This document shows positions 21,548 to 34,035 of a DNA stretch of 64,000 bases, in pieces. Under the pieces are notes generated by a model that saw only the letters and a list, made by a program, of their open reading frames with translations, searched no databases and was not told the DNA's origin. This DNA comes from Alphaproteobacteria bacterium (lineage in GTDB: Bacteria; Pseudomonadota; Alphaproteobacteria; Caulobacterales; Caulobacteraceae). The stretch is from NCBI GenBank assembly GCA_018820275.1, contig JAHJOO010000056.1, positions 25,628 through 89,627 of the forward strand, given 5' to 3'. Numbering within the stretch: the stretch's first letter is position 1; the number at the start of each line of letters is the position of its first letter. Position numbers and translations under genes: made by a program.

Positions 21548-23010
21548 TGACCAGCCGCCGTTCCTTCCTCACCGGCTGCGCCGCCCTGTCGGCCGCGGTC
21601 GCCACGCCGGAGCTGGTCCGCGCCGCCGTGCTGGACCGGGTCGCCCACGACTGGAGCCTGGCCACCCGCGACGTGGAGGCCGACGTCGCCCGCCACGCCA
21701 TGACGCGGCTCCACGGCCGCGCGCCGGCCGCTCTGGAGGGCGCGCTGTTCCGCAACGGCCCGGCGAAATTCCGCCGTCCGGGCGGCAGCGTCACCCACTG
21801 GTTCGACGGCGACGGCCTGATGCGCGCCTTCCGCGTCTCCGACGGCCGGGCGACGATGCAGGCCCGCTTCGCCGACACGCCCAAGCGGCGCTGGGAGAGC
21901 GAGCTGGACGCCATGGTCACGCCGGGCTTCGGCACGGTCGGCGATGCCCGGGCCAGGGTCGGCTCCAACGACGACGCCAACGCCGCCAACACCTCGGTCA
22001 TGGCCGTGGGCGACAAGGTCTGGGCCCTGTGGGAGGGCGGCTCGCCGCTGGCCATGGACGCCGACACCCTGGCCACCGAGGGCTTCGTCACCCTGCGCGA
22101 CGACCTGAAGGGCATGCCGTTCCAGGCCCACCCCCGCGTCGACCGCGACGGCACGGTGTGGAACGTGGGCACGAACGGCGACATGGCCGTGGTCTGGTCG
22201 CTGCGCCCCGACGGCGCCCTGATCGACGGGCGGATGCTGAAGCTGCCCCGCGCCAGCTACATGCACGACTTCACCGCCACCGACCGGCACCTGATCTTCG
22301 TGCTGCAGCCGTGGGTGTTCGCGCGGAACGGCATGCCGTTCTCGGCCCGGCTGGACTGGCGCCCGGAGATGGGGACGCTGGTCGCCGTCGTGGACAAGGA
22401 CGACCTGTCGACGATGCGGACGTACGAGCTGCCGACCTTCAGCCACTTCCATCTGGGCGACGCCTGGGAGGAGGCGGACGGCACGATCCGCTTCGACGTG
22501 CCGGCCGGGGAGGACGTCCAGTTCGGCGTCGACGGCGCCCGCGTGCTGGTCGAGGGCAAGGGCCGCGTTCCCGGCGCGCCCAGCGTCCTGTCCATGGTCA
22601 CCCTGCGTCCCGACGGCCGCGCGGACCTCGCGCGCACGGACGTCACCGCCGAGTTCGTCAGCGCCGACCCGCGCCGCCGCGGCCTGCGCCGGTCGCTGAC
22701 GGTCCACGTCACCGGCGAGCGCGGCGACCGTCCGTTGGCCACCGGTCTGGCGGTGCGCGACTGGGATTCGGGCCGGTCGGACGTGTTCGACTTCGGCGAC
22801 GCCCACGTGGTGGAGGAGGCGCTGTTCGTGCCCAGGCCCGGCCGCACGGCCGAGCGCGACGCCTGGATCGTGGTGCCCTCGATCAACCTGGCCGCCGCGC
22901 GGACCGAGCTGCACGTGCTGGACGCCGCCCGCGTGTCGGACGGCCCGATCGTCAGCTGGCGCGCCGACGTCGCCCTGCCGGCGGGGTTCCACGGGACGTG
23001 GAGGGGGTAG
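21547..23010 (+). CDS. Carotenoid / lignostilbene-type oxygenase family protein with a Tat signal
   Basis: A twin-arginine signal (SRRSFLTG) is present, along with the conserved His-containing blocks HWFDGDG, HDF, HFH and FHGTW typical of the CCO family. The start overlaps the previous stop (TGATG). Confidence 0.85.
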   Translation: MTSRRSFLTGCAALSAAVATPELVRAAVLDRVAHDWSLATRDVEADVARHAMTRLHGRAPAALEGALFRNGPAKFRRPGGSVTHWFDGDGLMRAFRVSDGRATMQARFADTPKRRWESELDAMVTPGFGTVGDARARVGSNDDANAANTSVMAVGDKVWALWEGGSPLAMDADTLATEGFVTLRDDLKGMPFQAHPRVDRDGTVWNVGTNGDMAVVWSLRPDGALIDGRMLKLPRASYMHDFTATDRHLIFVLQPWVFARNGMPFSARLDWRPEMGTLVAVVDKDDLSTMRTYELPTFSHFHLGDAWEEADGTIRFDVPAGEDVQFGVDGARVLVEGKGRVPGAPSVLSMVTLRPDGRADLARTDVTAEFVSADPRRRGLRRSLTVHVTGERGDRPLATGLAVRDWDSGRSDVFDFGDAHVVEEALFVPRPGRTAERDAWIVVPSINLAAARTELHVLDAARVSDGPIVSWRADVALPAGFHGTWRG

Positions 23011-23208
23011 GGGGAGGGCAGGGGTAGGGGTAGGGGTAGGGGTAGGGGTAGGGGGCTTAGGGCTTAGGGCTTAGGTCTTGGGTCTTGGGTTTTGGGTCTT
23101 GGGGATGCCGACGGGACAAGCACCGGGACCTGCTGCCCGAATTCCCAAGCCCTAAGCCCTAAGCCCTAAGCCCCAAGCCCCAAGCCCCAAGTCCCAAGCC
23201 CCAAGCCC
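23001..23208. repeat. Compound G-rich hexamer/heptamer tandem arrays forming a long imperfect inverted repeat
   Basis: (GGGGTA)x5 occupies 23021-23050. Seven CTTAGGG/TCTTGGG heptamers occupy 23056-23104. A loop of about 39 nt follows, then nine complementary CCCTAAG/CCCCAAG-type heptamers at 23144-23206. Confidence 0.9.
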
Positions 23209-23219
23209 TGAGGTCAACC

Positions 23220-23984
23220 TCACCACCACCCCGCCGCGCGCAGCGCCTTGGCGTGCCGGCGGCTGACGGGGGCGACCAGGGGGCCCTCCAGCGTCAGGCT
23301 GGCGCGGCCGTCGCCGCGGTCGACGTCGCGCACGGCGTCGCGCGCGACCCACCAGCTGCGGTGGGTCTGGGCGCCCTCCAGCCCTTCCAGTTCGGCGATC
23401 GCGTCGGACAACCGCATCAGGATCAGGTCCGAGCCCCGGTCGGTGTGCAGGCGCAGATAGTGATCCTCGGCCTGCACCGCGATCAGCCGCGCGCCGCGCA
23501 GCTTCGGCGGCAGGCGGTCGAGGAAGCGCGCCGTGCCTTCGCCGGCGGGCTGGGCGTGCGTCTGTACCGGCTTGCCGCGCCCCAGGAAGACGTTCACCGC
23601 GCTGAAGGTCGCGGTCACGGTCAGAACCGGCACGAGCATGTGCGGCAGCGCCCCGACCGGCATCATCCCGCCGTGCAGCACCGGCCCGGTCACCGCCCAG
23701 ACCCAGGCCGTCATCGGCAGGGTGATCACCGCGGTCAAGGCCGCCACCATCAGCCAGGGCCGCTCGTACATGTCGATGCGGCGCTCGACCGGTCGCGAGA
23801 CCGCATGGGCCCACAGCCCGCCGGTGACCATGACGAAGATCCAGTAGGCCAGTCTCAGCCACAACGGCGCCTGGTGGGTCTGAAAGGCGCCGGTCAGGGC
23901 CAGGACCACCCCGCCCAGCACGCCCACGGCCACGCCGCGCAGCATGTCGGGGGTGAAGAAGGGCTCTCTCGCCGCGCGCGTCAT
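23220..23984 (-). CDS. Membrane-anchored LytTR-family DNA-binding protein
   Basis: Several N-terminal TM helices are followed by a C-terminal LytTR-like region (IAVQAEDHYLRLHTDRGSDLILMRLSDAIAEL...HRSWWV). Confidence 0.75.
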   Translation of the reverse strand: MTRAAREPFFTPDMLRGVAVGVLGGVVLALTGAFQTHQAPLWLRLAYWIFVMVTGGLWAHAVSRPVERRIDMYERPWLMVAALTAVITLPMTAWVWAVTGPVLHGGMMPVGALPHMLVPVLTVTATFSAVNVFLGRGKPVQTHAQPAGEGTARFLDRLPPKLRGARLIAVQAEDHYLRLHTDRGSDLILMRLSDAIAELEGLEGAQTHRSWWVARDAVRDVDRGDGRASLTLEGPLVAPVSRRHAKALRAAGWW

Positions 23985-24295
23985 GTTCGGACTGAAACCA
24001 CGATCCGCGCCTCTTGCGAAGCGGTCAGACGCGGATGTCGAGCAGGGCACCCGGGCGGGCGGGCCGGGATTCCGCCGCGTCCCCGGCCGGCGCGGTCCGG
24101 GCCTGCGGCGTCGGCGCGGCGATCGGGGCGATCGGCTGGATCGTCTGGGCCGCCGACATGGCCGCGCGGAAGAAGGCCGCCTGTGCCGCGCGCGCCCCGG
24201 GGGCGGCGCCGCTCTGGGCGGGGGCGGGCGAGGGAGTAAAGCCGGGGCCGATGGCGGTCATGGCCGCAGGGTTAACGAAATCCGTCGCGGAACGG

Positions 24296-24847
24296 TTAAC
24301 GCCGCGCCTGCGGGGCGGGCGCCTGCATGGCCGCGACCAGCCGGGCCACGTCGGCGTCGTCCAGCAGGGCACCCGAATGCTTGGCCGTGACCGTGCCCAT
24401 GGCGTTGACGGCAAAGGTCTCGGGCGCGCCGGTGATGCCGAGATCCAGCCCGGCCCGTCCCTCGGCGTCCACCAGCACGAAGGCGAAGGGGTCGCCCAGC
24501 TCGGTCAGGAAGGCGCGCGTATCCTCCGGCCGGTCCTTGTAGGCGACGCCGATCACGGTGACGCCCTGGGCTTTCAGCGCCAGCAGCTTCGGGTGTTCGA
24601 CCCGGCAGGGCGCGCACCAGCTGGCGAAGACGTTGATCAGCATCGGCCGCCCGCGTCCGGCGGTCTTCAGGTCCAGCACCGCGCCGGTCCCGTCCCCCGC
24701 CAGCATGGGCAGCACCGTCTCCGGCACCGGCCGGCCGACCAGGGCGGCGGGCTTGATGTCCGGATCGCGCTTCAGCGACCAGCCGATGAACAGCGCCGCC
24801 AGCGCGGCCAGCACGACCAGGGGCGCGAACGCCAGCCAGCGGGTCAT
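24296..24847 (-). CDS. ccmG: Thiol:disulfide interchange protein DsbE/CcmG
   Basis: It has an N-terminal TM anchor, the thioredoxin motif WCAPC and the GAPETF motif. Confidence 0.85.
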   Translation of the reverse strand: MTRWLAFAPLVVLAALAALFIGWSLKRDPDIKPAALVGRPVPETVLPMLAGDGTGAVLDLKTAGRGRPMLINVFASWCAPCRVEHPKLLALKAQGVTVIGVAYKDRPEDTRAFLTELGDPFAFVLVDAEGRAGLDLGITGAPETFAVNAMGTVTAKHSGALLDDADVARLVAAMQAPAPQARR

Positions 24848-24990
24848 TCCGCGTCCTCCAGTTCCTTCAGCCGGGCCCGGACCTGCCGAGCGGCCAGCGC
24901 GGCGCGCCCGGCCACCACCGCCAGCACGACCGCGCTGATCCCCCAGGCGGCGGCGACGTGTTCGACGTAGCTGCGGGCGACTTCGGGCAT
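24844..24990 (-). CDS. ccmD: Heme exporter protein CcmD
   Basis: This is a 48-aa single-TM protein located between ccmC and ccmG, with overlapping start and stop codons on both sides. Confidence 0.7.
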   Translation of the reverse strand: MPEVARSYVEHVAAAWGISAVVLAVVAGRAALAARQVRARLKELEDAE

Positions 24991-25712
24991 CAGACCTCCA
25001 TCGCGCGGCGGGCGCGCAGGGTGCGCAGGCGACGGCTCAGCACCTCGGTGCGGATGCCGGTGATCCAGACCGCGGCGAACAGCACGCCATAGGCCGCCAT
25101 CATGGTCAGCAGCGGCGTCAGATAGGCGGCCGTCATCGCGGGCCCGTCGGCGCGCAGCAGGCTGGCCGGCTGATGCAGGGTGTTCCACCAGTCGACGGAG
25201 AATTTCACGATCGGCAGGTTGATCAGCCCGACCAGTCCCAGCACGGCGGCGGCGCGCGCGGCCCTGGCCTCGTCCTCGATGGCCGACCTCAACGCCAGCC
25301 AGGCCAGATAGAACAGGAACAGCACCAGCACCGAGACCAGCCGCGCGTCGCCCCAGGTCCACCACACGCCCCACATCGGCTTGCCCCAGATCGCGCCGGT
25401 GATCAGGGCCAGTCCGGTGAAGGCCGCGCCCGGCACGGCGGCGGCGCGCGCCGCGGCGTCGGCCAGCGGGTGACGCCAGACCAGCGAGAACAGGCAGCTG
25501 ACCCCCAGCGCCGCATAGGCCGTCAGCCCCAGCGAGGCCGCCGGCACGTGCACGAACATGATCCGCACGCTGTCGCCCTGCTGGTAGTCGGGCGGCGCGG
25601 TCAGCGACAGCCAGCCGCCCACGGCCAGCAGCAAGCCGGCCGCGAGCCACAGCGGCCCGACCAGAGGCGCCGAAAAGCGCATGAAGCGCTCGGGATTGGC
25701 CAGACCGAACAT
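24990..25712 (-). CDS. ccmC: Heme ABC exporter permease CcmC
   Basis: The WGxxWxWD tryptophan-rich motif (WGKPMWGVWWTWGDARL) is present in a multi-TM protein. Confidence 0.88.
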   Translation of the reverse strand: MFGLANPERFMRFSAPLVGPLWLAAGLLLAVGGWLSLTAPPDYQQGDSVRIMFVHVPAASLGLTAYAALGVSCLFSLVWRHPLADAAARAAAVPGAAFTGLALITGAIWGKPMWGVWWTWGDARLVSVLVLFLFYLAWLALRSAIEDEARAARAAAVLGLVGLINLPIVKFSVDWWNTLHQPASLLRADGPAMTAAYLTPLLTMMAAYGVLFAAVWITGIRTEVLSRRLRTLRARRAMEV

Positions 25713-25775
25713 GGCGCGCGCTCTACCCCCCGCCGCCGCGCGGAACAAGCGACGCGACGTCGCTCGTCGCCCGGC

Positions 25776-26441
25776 TCATCCCTGGGCGTTCCGGATCGCG
25801 GCCCCGCCCGCGAACGGCGTCAGGGCGCAGGCGCACAGGGCATAGGCGGCCAGCAGCGCCAGCGCCGGGCCCGGCGCTGACCCCTGCTGCGCCGCCGTCA
25901 CCGCCCCGGCGCCGAAGATCACCGGCGGCGCATACAGCGGCAAGGCGATGACGGCGACCAGCAGGCCGCCCCGCTTCGACCCCAGCGACAGGGCCGCCGC
26001 CAGCGCGCCCACCGCCGCGAAGCCGAGGCCCGCCAGCGCCGCGGCACCCGCGGTCAGCGGCGCGAGCCCCGGATCCAGGCCCAACGACAGGGCCGCCACC
26101 GGTGCCGCCAGCGCCAGCGGCAGGCCGACGGCGGTCCACTGCGCCGCCGTCTTGACCGCGAACGCCGCCTCCAGCGTCAGGGGGCCCAGCGCCAGGAGGT
26201 CCAGCGCCCCGTCCTCGTGGTCGCGCTCGAACAGGCGTTCGAGGGACAGCAGCGACGCCAGCGCCAGCACGATCCACGTCGCCCCCGCGGCGATGGGGAC
26301 CAGCCGGACGGGCTCCGAGCCGATGGCCAGTGGCAGGGCGGCGGTCACGGCCAGGGCGAAGCCGCAGGCCAGCAGAGGCCCGCCGCCGCCGGCCCACAGC
26401 AGGGCCAGTTCGCGGCGGTACAGAAGCAGGAGCGCGCTCAT
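25776..26441 (-). CDS. ccmB: Heme exporter permease CcmB
   Basis: This is a hydrophobic protein with the CcmB-like block [16 protein letters not shown]. Its start overlaps the ccmA stop. Confidence 0.85.
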   Translation of the reverse strand: MSALLLLYRRELALLWAGGGGPLLACGFALAVTAALPLAIGSEPVRLVPIAAGATWIVLALASLLSLERLFERDHEDGALDLLALGPLTLEAAFAVKTAAQWTAVGLPLALAAPVAALSLGLDPGLAPLTAGAAALAGLGFAAVGALAAALSLGSKRGGLLVAVIALPLYAPPVIFGAGAVTAAQQGSAPGPALALLAAYALCACALTPFAGGAAIRNAQG

Positions 26442-27058
26442 GCCGCCGCCCCCACGACGATCTCGCGCGCCGCCACCGGCAGCGGATCGTGCACGGCCGC
26501 CAGAATCAGGCCGCCGGCGTTCAGATGTTCGGCCATGATCCCGGCCGCCTGGGCGCGTCGCCGCGCATCCAGCGGCGCCAGCGGCTCGTCGAGCAGCCAC
26601 AGCGGCCGGTTCGCCGCTACCAGCGACGCCAGCGCCAGGCGGCGGCGCTGCCCGGCCGACAGCACCCGGACCTCCAGATCCAGCAGCGGGGTCAGGTCCA
26701 GTCGCCGGGCCGCGGCCGTCACCGCCTCGGCCCGGGCCCCGAACCAGCGCGCCTGGAAGTCCAGCTCCGCACGCGCCGTGCGGCCGGGCCGGAATCCCTC
26801 CTGATGCGCCAGCATCTGCACGCCGGTCGACCGCGCCGTGCCCGCGTCCAGCGGGCCGTCCGCCCCTTCAAACAGCACCTCGCCGGCGTCGGGCCGCAGC
26901 AGTCCGGCGACCGCGCGCAGCAGCGAGGTCTTGCCCGCGCCGTTGGCGCCCGTCAGTTGCGCCGCCTCGCCGGCGGCGAGGGCGAACGACAGCCCCGCGA
27001 ACAGCCGTCGTTCGCCGCGCGCGATGGACAGGTCGGAGACGTGCAGGGCCGCGATCAT
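26438..27058 (-). CDS. ccmA: Heme ABC exporter ATP-binding protein CcmA
   Basis: Walker A (GANGAGKTS), ABC signature ([11 protein letters not shown]) and Walker B (LWLLDEP) are present. Confidence 0.85.
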   Translation of the reverse strand: MIAALHVSDLSIARGERRLFAGLSFALAAGEAAQLTGANGAGKTSLLRAVAGLLRPDAGEVLFEGADGPLDAGTARSTGVQMLAHQEGFRPGRTARAELDFQARWFGARAEAVTAAARRLDLTPLLDLEVRVLSAGQRRRLALASLVAANRPLWLLDEPLAPLDARRRAQAAGIMAEHLNAGGLILAAVHDPLPVAAREIVVGAAA

Positions 27059-27243
27059 CTGCGACCCGTTCTCAATGTCCACGACGCCGTCGTGGACTCA
27101 TGGACGGGCGCGCCCGCGCGGATTATGACCGCCGCAGCCGCAGCAGGCCCTGAGCGCGCGCGGCGGGGACCTGTGCGCCCCGTCGATATGCGCGGGAGGG
27201 TGCGACCGGATGTTCGGGCGGCGATGACCAGAGGAAGCCTCCC

Positions 27244-29940
<2,697 letters not shown>

Positions 29941-29956
29941 GGCACCGACCAGAATG

Positions 29957-29986
29957 GAAAAGGCCGGGGGAAGCCCCGGCCTTTTT
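29957..29986 (+). terminator. Rho-independent terminator of acnA
   Basis: AAAAGGCCGGGG-GAAG-CCCCGGCCTTTTT forms a perfect hairpin with a T-tract, starting 17 nt after the stop. Confidence 0.7.
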
Positions 29987-30085
29987 CGTTTCCGGCCCGG
30001 CCCCCTTGCGGCCCGCGACCCGTCGGGTTATGGACCGCGCCTTCCCGTTCCGGGGCCGCGTTTGCGGAGTCGGAACCGTCACGGC

Positions 30086-30160
<75 letters not shown>

Positions 30161-30448
30161 TTCTTTTCAATAAGTTAGATGGCTTGAGTGGCGAGTTGAT
30201 AGCCAGGAACTCGCCAAGAACTCGCTGATCGCTTGTGCGCATGGGAAGAGAGAAGGCTGCATCAGGCCAACTTCGCTTTCGTCGCCCTGAAGGGTCGCCA
30301 TACATCGGGAATGGCAATCAACCGACGCCGTTTGCTGTCAGTGGCTTGTCGGTCAGAGTGTGTATGGTCCCACTTACTGGCGAAGCTGACCGAGTGCGCA
30401 GAAGCGAGTTGCCCCAAGCTCACTGCAAATCGAAAATCAGGGGATCGT

Positions 30449-31663
30449 ATGTCCACGCTGACCAGGGAAGCTCTCTACGATCGGGTCTGGACTGAACCCG
30501 TCCGATCTGTCGCAGTCAGCTTCGGGGTCTCGGACGTCTGGATCAAGAAGTGCTGCGTTCGGGCGCAGGTGCCGGTGCCTGAGCGAGGTTACTGGGCGAG
30601 GTTAAAGGCCGGAAAGCCAGTGGTGAAGGCCGCGCTTCCGCTTCGCGGACCGGGCATGCCGCATGTGGTGCAGATCGGGAGCACTGCGGGGCGGGCTTGG
30701 CGGTACGATCCCGCCGCGGAGCTCGCCGAAGCGGATCCGCCTGCTCCAGTCTTCGTCGAGCCCTTGGATGACGTCCGTGCGCGAATGGCGAAGCAGCTGG
30801 GCAGGGTAGCGAGGTGCAAGGATCTGTCAGCTCCCGTGTCGCCCATCCGGAAGCTGCTTCAGACGGACGATAAGCTTAGGGCGAAGCAGCGCGAAGTCTC
30901 TTGGATGGCGTCCTGGTATGAGCCCCGCTTCGTATCAGGCTTCGAGCAGCGGCGGCTGCGCCTCCTCAATGCGATCGGCGGCGGGCTCGCGAAAGTCGGC
31001 GGCCGTTTAGAAATCCGCGACAAAGCGGGGCGGGATCTGTGCGCCGTGATTGGTGAGCAGAACTTGACGTTCGCCCTGGATCATCCTGGCGCAAGGCCGA
31101 ACCGGCACGGGGAGCATGAAACGCGTAAGGATGCGTCGGGCCCACTGCGGCTGGAGCTGAAACCGCGATGGCCCGCCGAAGGTGCAAACGGCGTCTGGAA
31201 CGATGGCGACACGGGAAAGCTCGAAGATCAGCTCACGGAAATCGTGCTGACGATGGTCGTGGCGGGCGAGGCCGAGTTCCGCTCAAGCTGCGTCTCATGG
31301 CATGATTATCTGCTCAAGCGCCGCCGGGAGAATGAAGTCGAGGTCGCCCGGCGTCGAGCGGAGGCTGAGCAGCGAGAGCAGGAGCGGCGGGCACGGGAGG
31401 TGAAAGAACGCCGCGAGCATCTGCTTGCTCAAGGCGCTGCTTGGCGAAGCGCGCAGGATATCAGAGGGATGGTAGCTGCGCTTTTAGAGGCAGGTCACGG
31501 GCCCGAGCTGAAGGACTGGAAGGAGTGGGCGCTCGCAGAAGCGGATGCCTTGGATCCTGTCTGCAACGGGGAGCTGCTGGTGCCGGAGTCATGGGGTAGC
31601 GGTTTGGGCGCACGATCCGAGTCGTTGCAGCACAAGTCAAACCAGACCGCCGTCGCTGAATAA
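30449..31663 (+). CDS. Hypothetical protein with a conserved-looking N-terminal module and a C-terminal Arg/Glu coiled coil
   Basis: The N-terminus (LYDRVWTEPVRSVAVSFGVSDVWIKKCCVRAQVPVPERGYWARLKAGK) resembles a recurrent uncharacterised bacterial family. The ATG at 30449 was chosen within the longer ORF. Confidence 0.5.
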   Translation: MSTLTREALYDRVWTEPVRSVAVSFGVSDVWIKKCCVRAQVPVPERGYWARLKAGKPVVKAALPLRGPGMPHVVQIGSTAGRAWRYDPAAELAEADPPAPVFVEPLDDVRARMAKQLGRVARCKDLSAPVSPIRKLLQTDDKLRAKQREVSWMASWYEPRFVSGFEQRRLRLLNAIGGGLAKVGGRLEIRDKAGRDLCAVIGEQNLTFALDHPGARPNRHGEHETRKDASGPLRLELKPRWPAEGANGVWNDGDTGKLEDQLTEIVLTMVVAGEAEFRSSCVSWHDYLLKRRRENEVEVARRRAEAEQREQERRAREVKERREHLLAQGAAWRSAQDIRGMVAALLEAGHGPELKDWKEWALAEADALDPVCNGELLVPESWGSGLGARSESLQHKSNQTAVAE

Positions 31664-31770
31664 AAGATCCGTCCATCCGGCCAGGCCGGCGTGCTGAGGC
31701 CGCCCCACATTGTGCATGCATGGCGTCACCTTGGAGGTTAGGCCTGCGCTAGAGCCGCAGAGCGCTGAAA

Positions 31771-32241
31771 CTAAGGAATGCTGATCGCGCCGGGCGGACG
31801 CTTCAGGAGAATTCCAAAGGTCGGGAACTCGAAACGGCGTTCCGGTTCGGACTGAACCTTATTCGAGCGCAAGGCACCGTAAAACAACAGCGCGCCCGAC
31901 CCGGGATCGGGTTGGTCGAACAGGGCCAGACTGGCCACGTCTTGCGGCGGCACTTCGAACAGCACGGGGTGGTTGATCGCCAGGTGAGTGGCGGACCGCC
32001 CGACAATCCTCACAGGATGCCGCGGCCAGCCGCCCTCGACCTCCACAAAGTTGTAGCCGTCCGCGTCCGGAGCTTGGGAGAGAAGGGCGGCGTACATCAG
32101 CGGCGGGACGGGCGCTCCCTCCCGGAGCGGCATCGCGCACGACATTTCGCAGGTGAAGGGTCCGCGAAAATGGGGCAGCGCGCCCGACGGGGTCTTCTGC
32201 TTGGGTGGGGCGCGCCAGGATTGAGGGTGTGGAACGGTCAT
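31771..32241 (-). CDS. Hypothetical protein (156 aa)
   Basis: This is an ORF in the lower-GC island, in tandem with 32272-32742. No family was recognised. Confidence 0.4.
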   Translation of the reverse strand: MTVPHPQSWRAPPKQKTPSGALPHFRGPFTCEMSCAMPLREGAPVPPLMYAALLSQAPDADGYNFVEVEGGWPRHPVRIVGRSATHLAINHPVLFEVPPQDVASLALFDQPDPGSGALLFYGALRSNKVQSEPERRFEFPTFGILLKRPPGAISIP

Positions 32242-32271
32242 GACGGGATCTGGGGCCTTTGGGGTGAAGGA

Positions 32272-32742
32272 TCAGTGGGTGGTGAAGTTCTCCGCCGAGA
32301 TCCAATCCGCGACGCGCAGCAGGGCCGCCGCGGTGACCTCGACGTCAGCCTCGTTGGCCGTGGACATGGCGAGCTCGCGCAGAGCCAGCTGGCGGGCCTG
32401 AATGTCCGGCGACTTCATGAGCGCCAACAGGGCGGCCGCACGGATGTCTTCCCCGTAGACCGCGTCGTAGTCGACGTGGGTCACGGTGCCGTCCGGCTGA
32501 GCCACTAGGTCGAACTCGTCGTCGAGATGGTCGAGGTAAGCGCCGCTGATCAGGCACGAACTGACCACGTCGATCGCCACATCCTCGGCGTCGGCCGAAG
32601 GGTCTCCGACGTCTAGGTTGATCAAGATCGTCATCCCGGCCCAGAGGCGGAAATCGAGATCGGGATGTTCGGCGATCGCCTTGATCAGGCGGACCATCTT
32701 CGGGCTGCAGTCGTAAGACGGCGAGGGCGTCTGGTTGGACAT
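32272..32742 (-). CDS. Hypothetical acidic protein (156 aa)
   Basis: This ORF has non-GC-artefact composition (Asp/Glu/Ile-rich). No family was recognised. Confidence 0.45.
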   Translation of the reverse strand: MSNQTPSPSYDCSPKMVRLIKAIAEHPDLDFRLWAGMTILINLDVGDPSADAEDVAIDVVSSCLISGAYLDHLDDEFDLVAQPDGTVTHVDYDAVYGEDIRAAALLALMKSPDIQARQLALRELAMSTANEADVEVTAAALLRVADWISAENFTTH

Positions 32743-33146
32743 TATCGCATCGCTCCAAGTGGGATGAGAGGTGGGCCGGTCTTGCGATCCGGGCTGCGGG
32801 TCGGGGCTTTTGGGGTGAGATGCCGGGCCTGTCGGTTGCGCTACCGAGCGACGGACTCGACTGAGCTGGCGGGAGCCGGCATGAGCCGGTGTGAGACAGG
32901 TAGCTTTTCGAGGCGCCTTTAACTCATTGTTTTTGCTTCACTTGTGCGGACAGGAAATGAACCCGGAATTAGAGTCCAGCGCGCACCAGCGGGCGGCCTA
33001 AGCGCCGGAGCCGCCTGAGGATTTTGCAAGGCGGGAGCCGGAACGCCGGACTCGGTGCCGGACTCAGGGAAGGAGCCGCTGTCCGGCGGCTTCCTGCGGC
33101 GTCAGACGGGCGCGCGACGGCTCAAGCGCTAAAGGCGGCGCCGGGA

Positions 33147-33398
33147 TCAGCTGCGGATGCGCAGGCCGGGTCCGTAGCCGTCGGCGTCCAGGAAAATGAC
33201 GCCCAGGTCGCCGAAGGTCTGCACCAGCCGCGCGGCGTTGACGGCCGTCAAGACCGACGCCCCCGACGCCTCGGCGCGCCGGATAGTGTTGACCCCCAGG
33301 CCGGAGCGCGCCGCGAGGGCCGCGACCGACAAGCCGGTGGCGGCGCGCGCCGCCGCTAGCTGAGTGGCAGTGGGCGCATTTTGCCCATCTGAGCGCAT
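33147..33398 (-). CDS. XRE-family helix-turn-helix regulator
   Basis: An HTH is present (TQLAAARAATGLSVAALAARSGLGVNTIRRAE). The gene is divergent from the integrase module. An alternative ATG lies at 33455. Confidence 0.6.
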   Translation of the reverse strand: MRSDGQNAPTATQLAAARAATGLSVAALAARSGLGVNTIRRAEASGASVLTAVNAARLVQTFGDLGVIFLDADGYGPGLRIRS

Positions 33399-33437
33399 AT
33401 TGACTCTTCCGGGAAAGCGGTGTAGCTCGCAGTCCTG

Positions 33438-33454
33438 TGGGCGCAAATCGCCCA
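33438..33454. promoter_or_regulatory. Palindromic operator candidate TGGGCG-CAAAT-CGCCCA. A near-copy lies at 33371-33387.
   Basis: It has perfect 6-bp arms and sits in the divergent XRE | GIY-YIG-like region. The 17-mer at 33371-33387 (TGGGCGCATTTTGCCCA) matches it at 14 of 17 positions. Confidence 0.4.
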
Positions 33455-33480
33455 TATGGGCAAAAGGAGCTCACATCGCC

Positions 33481-34035
33481 ATGCTTTCTTCTTATCTGAT
33501 TCAACCCTCCGGGGCGATCCGTCAGTTCATCCACCAGATCCCCGAGGAGGGCGGCGTTTACGCCATGCTCCTGGATCACCCCGAAGCGCTGCAGCCGGCC
33601 CTCGACCGCGCCCGCCTGCGTCTGGACCCTCTGCGCCTCGGCAAGCGCGCGATCCTCTACCTGGGCGCCACCGACGACAGCCTGCGCCGCCGTCTGAAGT
33701 GCCACCTGTCGAATGACACGGCGCGCTCCACCTTCCGCCAGAGCCTGGGCGCGGTCCTGGCCGAAGAACTGAAGCTTGAGGCCAGGCCGAGCGGCCGGCG
33801 CGGCTTTTCGTTCGAGCCCCGCAGCGAGCTGATCCTGTCGGACTGGATTAACGACCACATCTCCATCGCGGTGCGCAGCGCCCCCCATGCGCTGGTCGAG
33901 GAAAAGACGCTGATCGCGCTGCAGGACCCGCTCCTGAACATCGCCGGGCGCCGCGCGAAGGCCTCGGCCGAAACGGTGCTGATCCTGCGCCGCCGCCTGC
34001 GCGGCCTGCCCTTCGAGCAGAAGGCGCTGAACTGA
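33481..34035 (+). CDS. GIY-YIG-like domain protein
   Basis: GVYAML...ILYLGATDDSLRRRLKCHL resembles the GIY...YIG nuclease motif pair. An AAAGGAG RBS lies upstream. Confidence 0.45.
   Translation: MLSSYLIQPSGAIRQFIHQIPEEGGVYAMLLDHPEALQPALDRARLRLDPLRLGKRAILYLGATDDSLRRRLKCHLSNDTARSTFRQSLGAVLAEELKLEARPSGRRGFSFEPRSELILSDWINDHISIAVRSAPHALVEEKTLIALQDPLLNIAGRRAKASAETVLILRRRLRGLPFEQKALN

Noticed and set aside
23001-23208. Whether the tandem repeats could be a CRISPR array or VNTR-encoded peptide.
   Set aside because: The repeat period is only 6-7 nt with no spacers and no cas genes. The array is intergenic apart from touching one stop codon.
24025-24414. A 129-aa ORF between the LytTR gene and ccmG, including a possible 78-aa MTAIGPGF... 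product.
   Set aside because: It is low-complexity Ala/Pro-rich sequence that partly overlaps ccmG. It has no RBS and no recognisable family.
32840-32900. A tRNA-like fragment (…GCGCTACCGAGCGACGGACTCGACTGAGCTGGCGGGAG…) as a possible remnant att site.
   Set aside because: I could not fold a D-arm or acceptor stem from it. The resemblance is limited to a CTGAGC hexamer.
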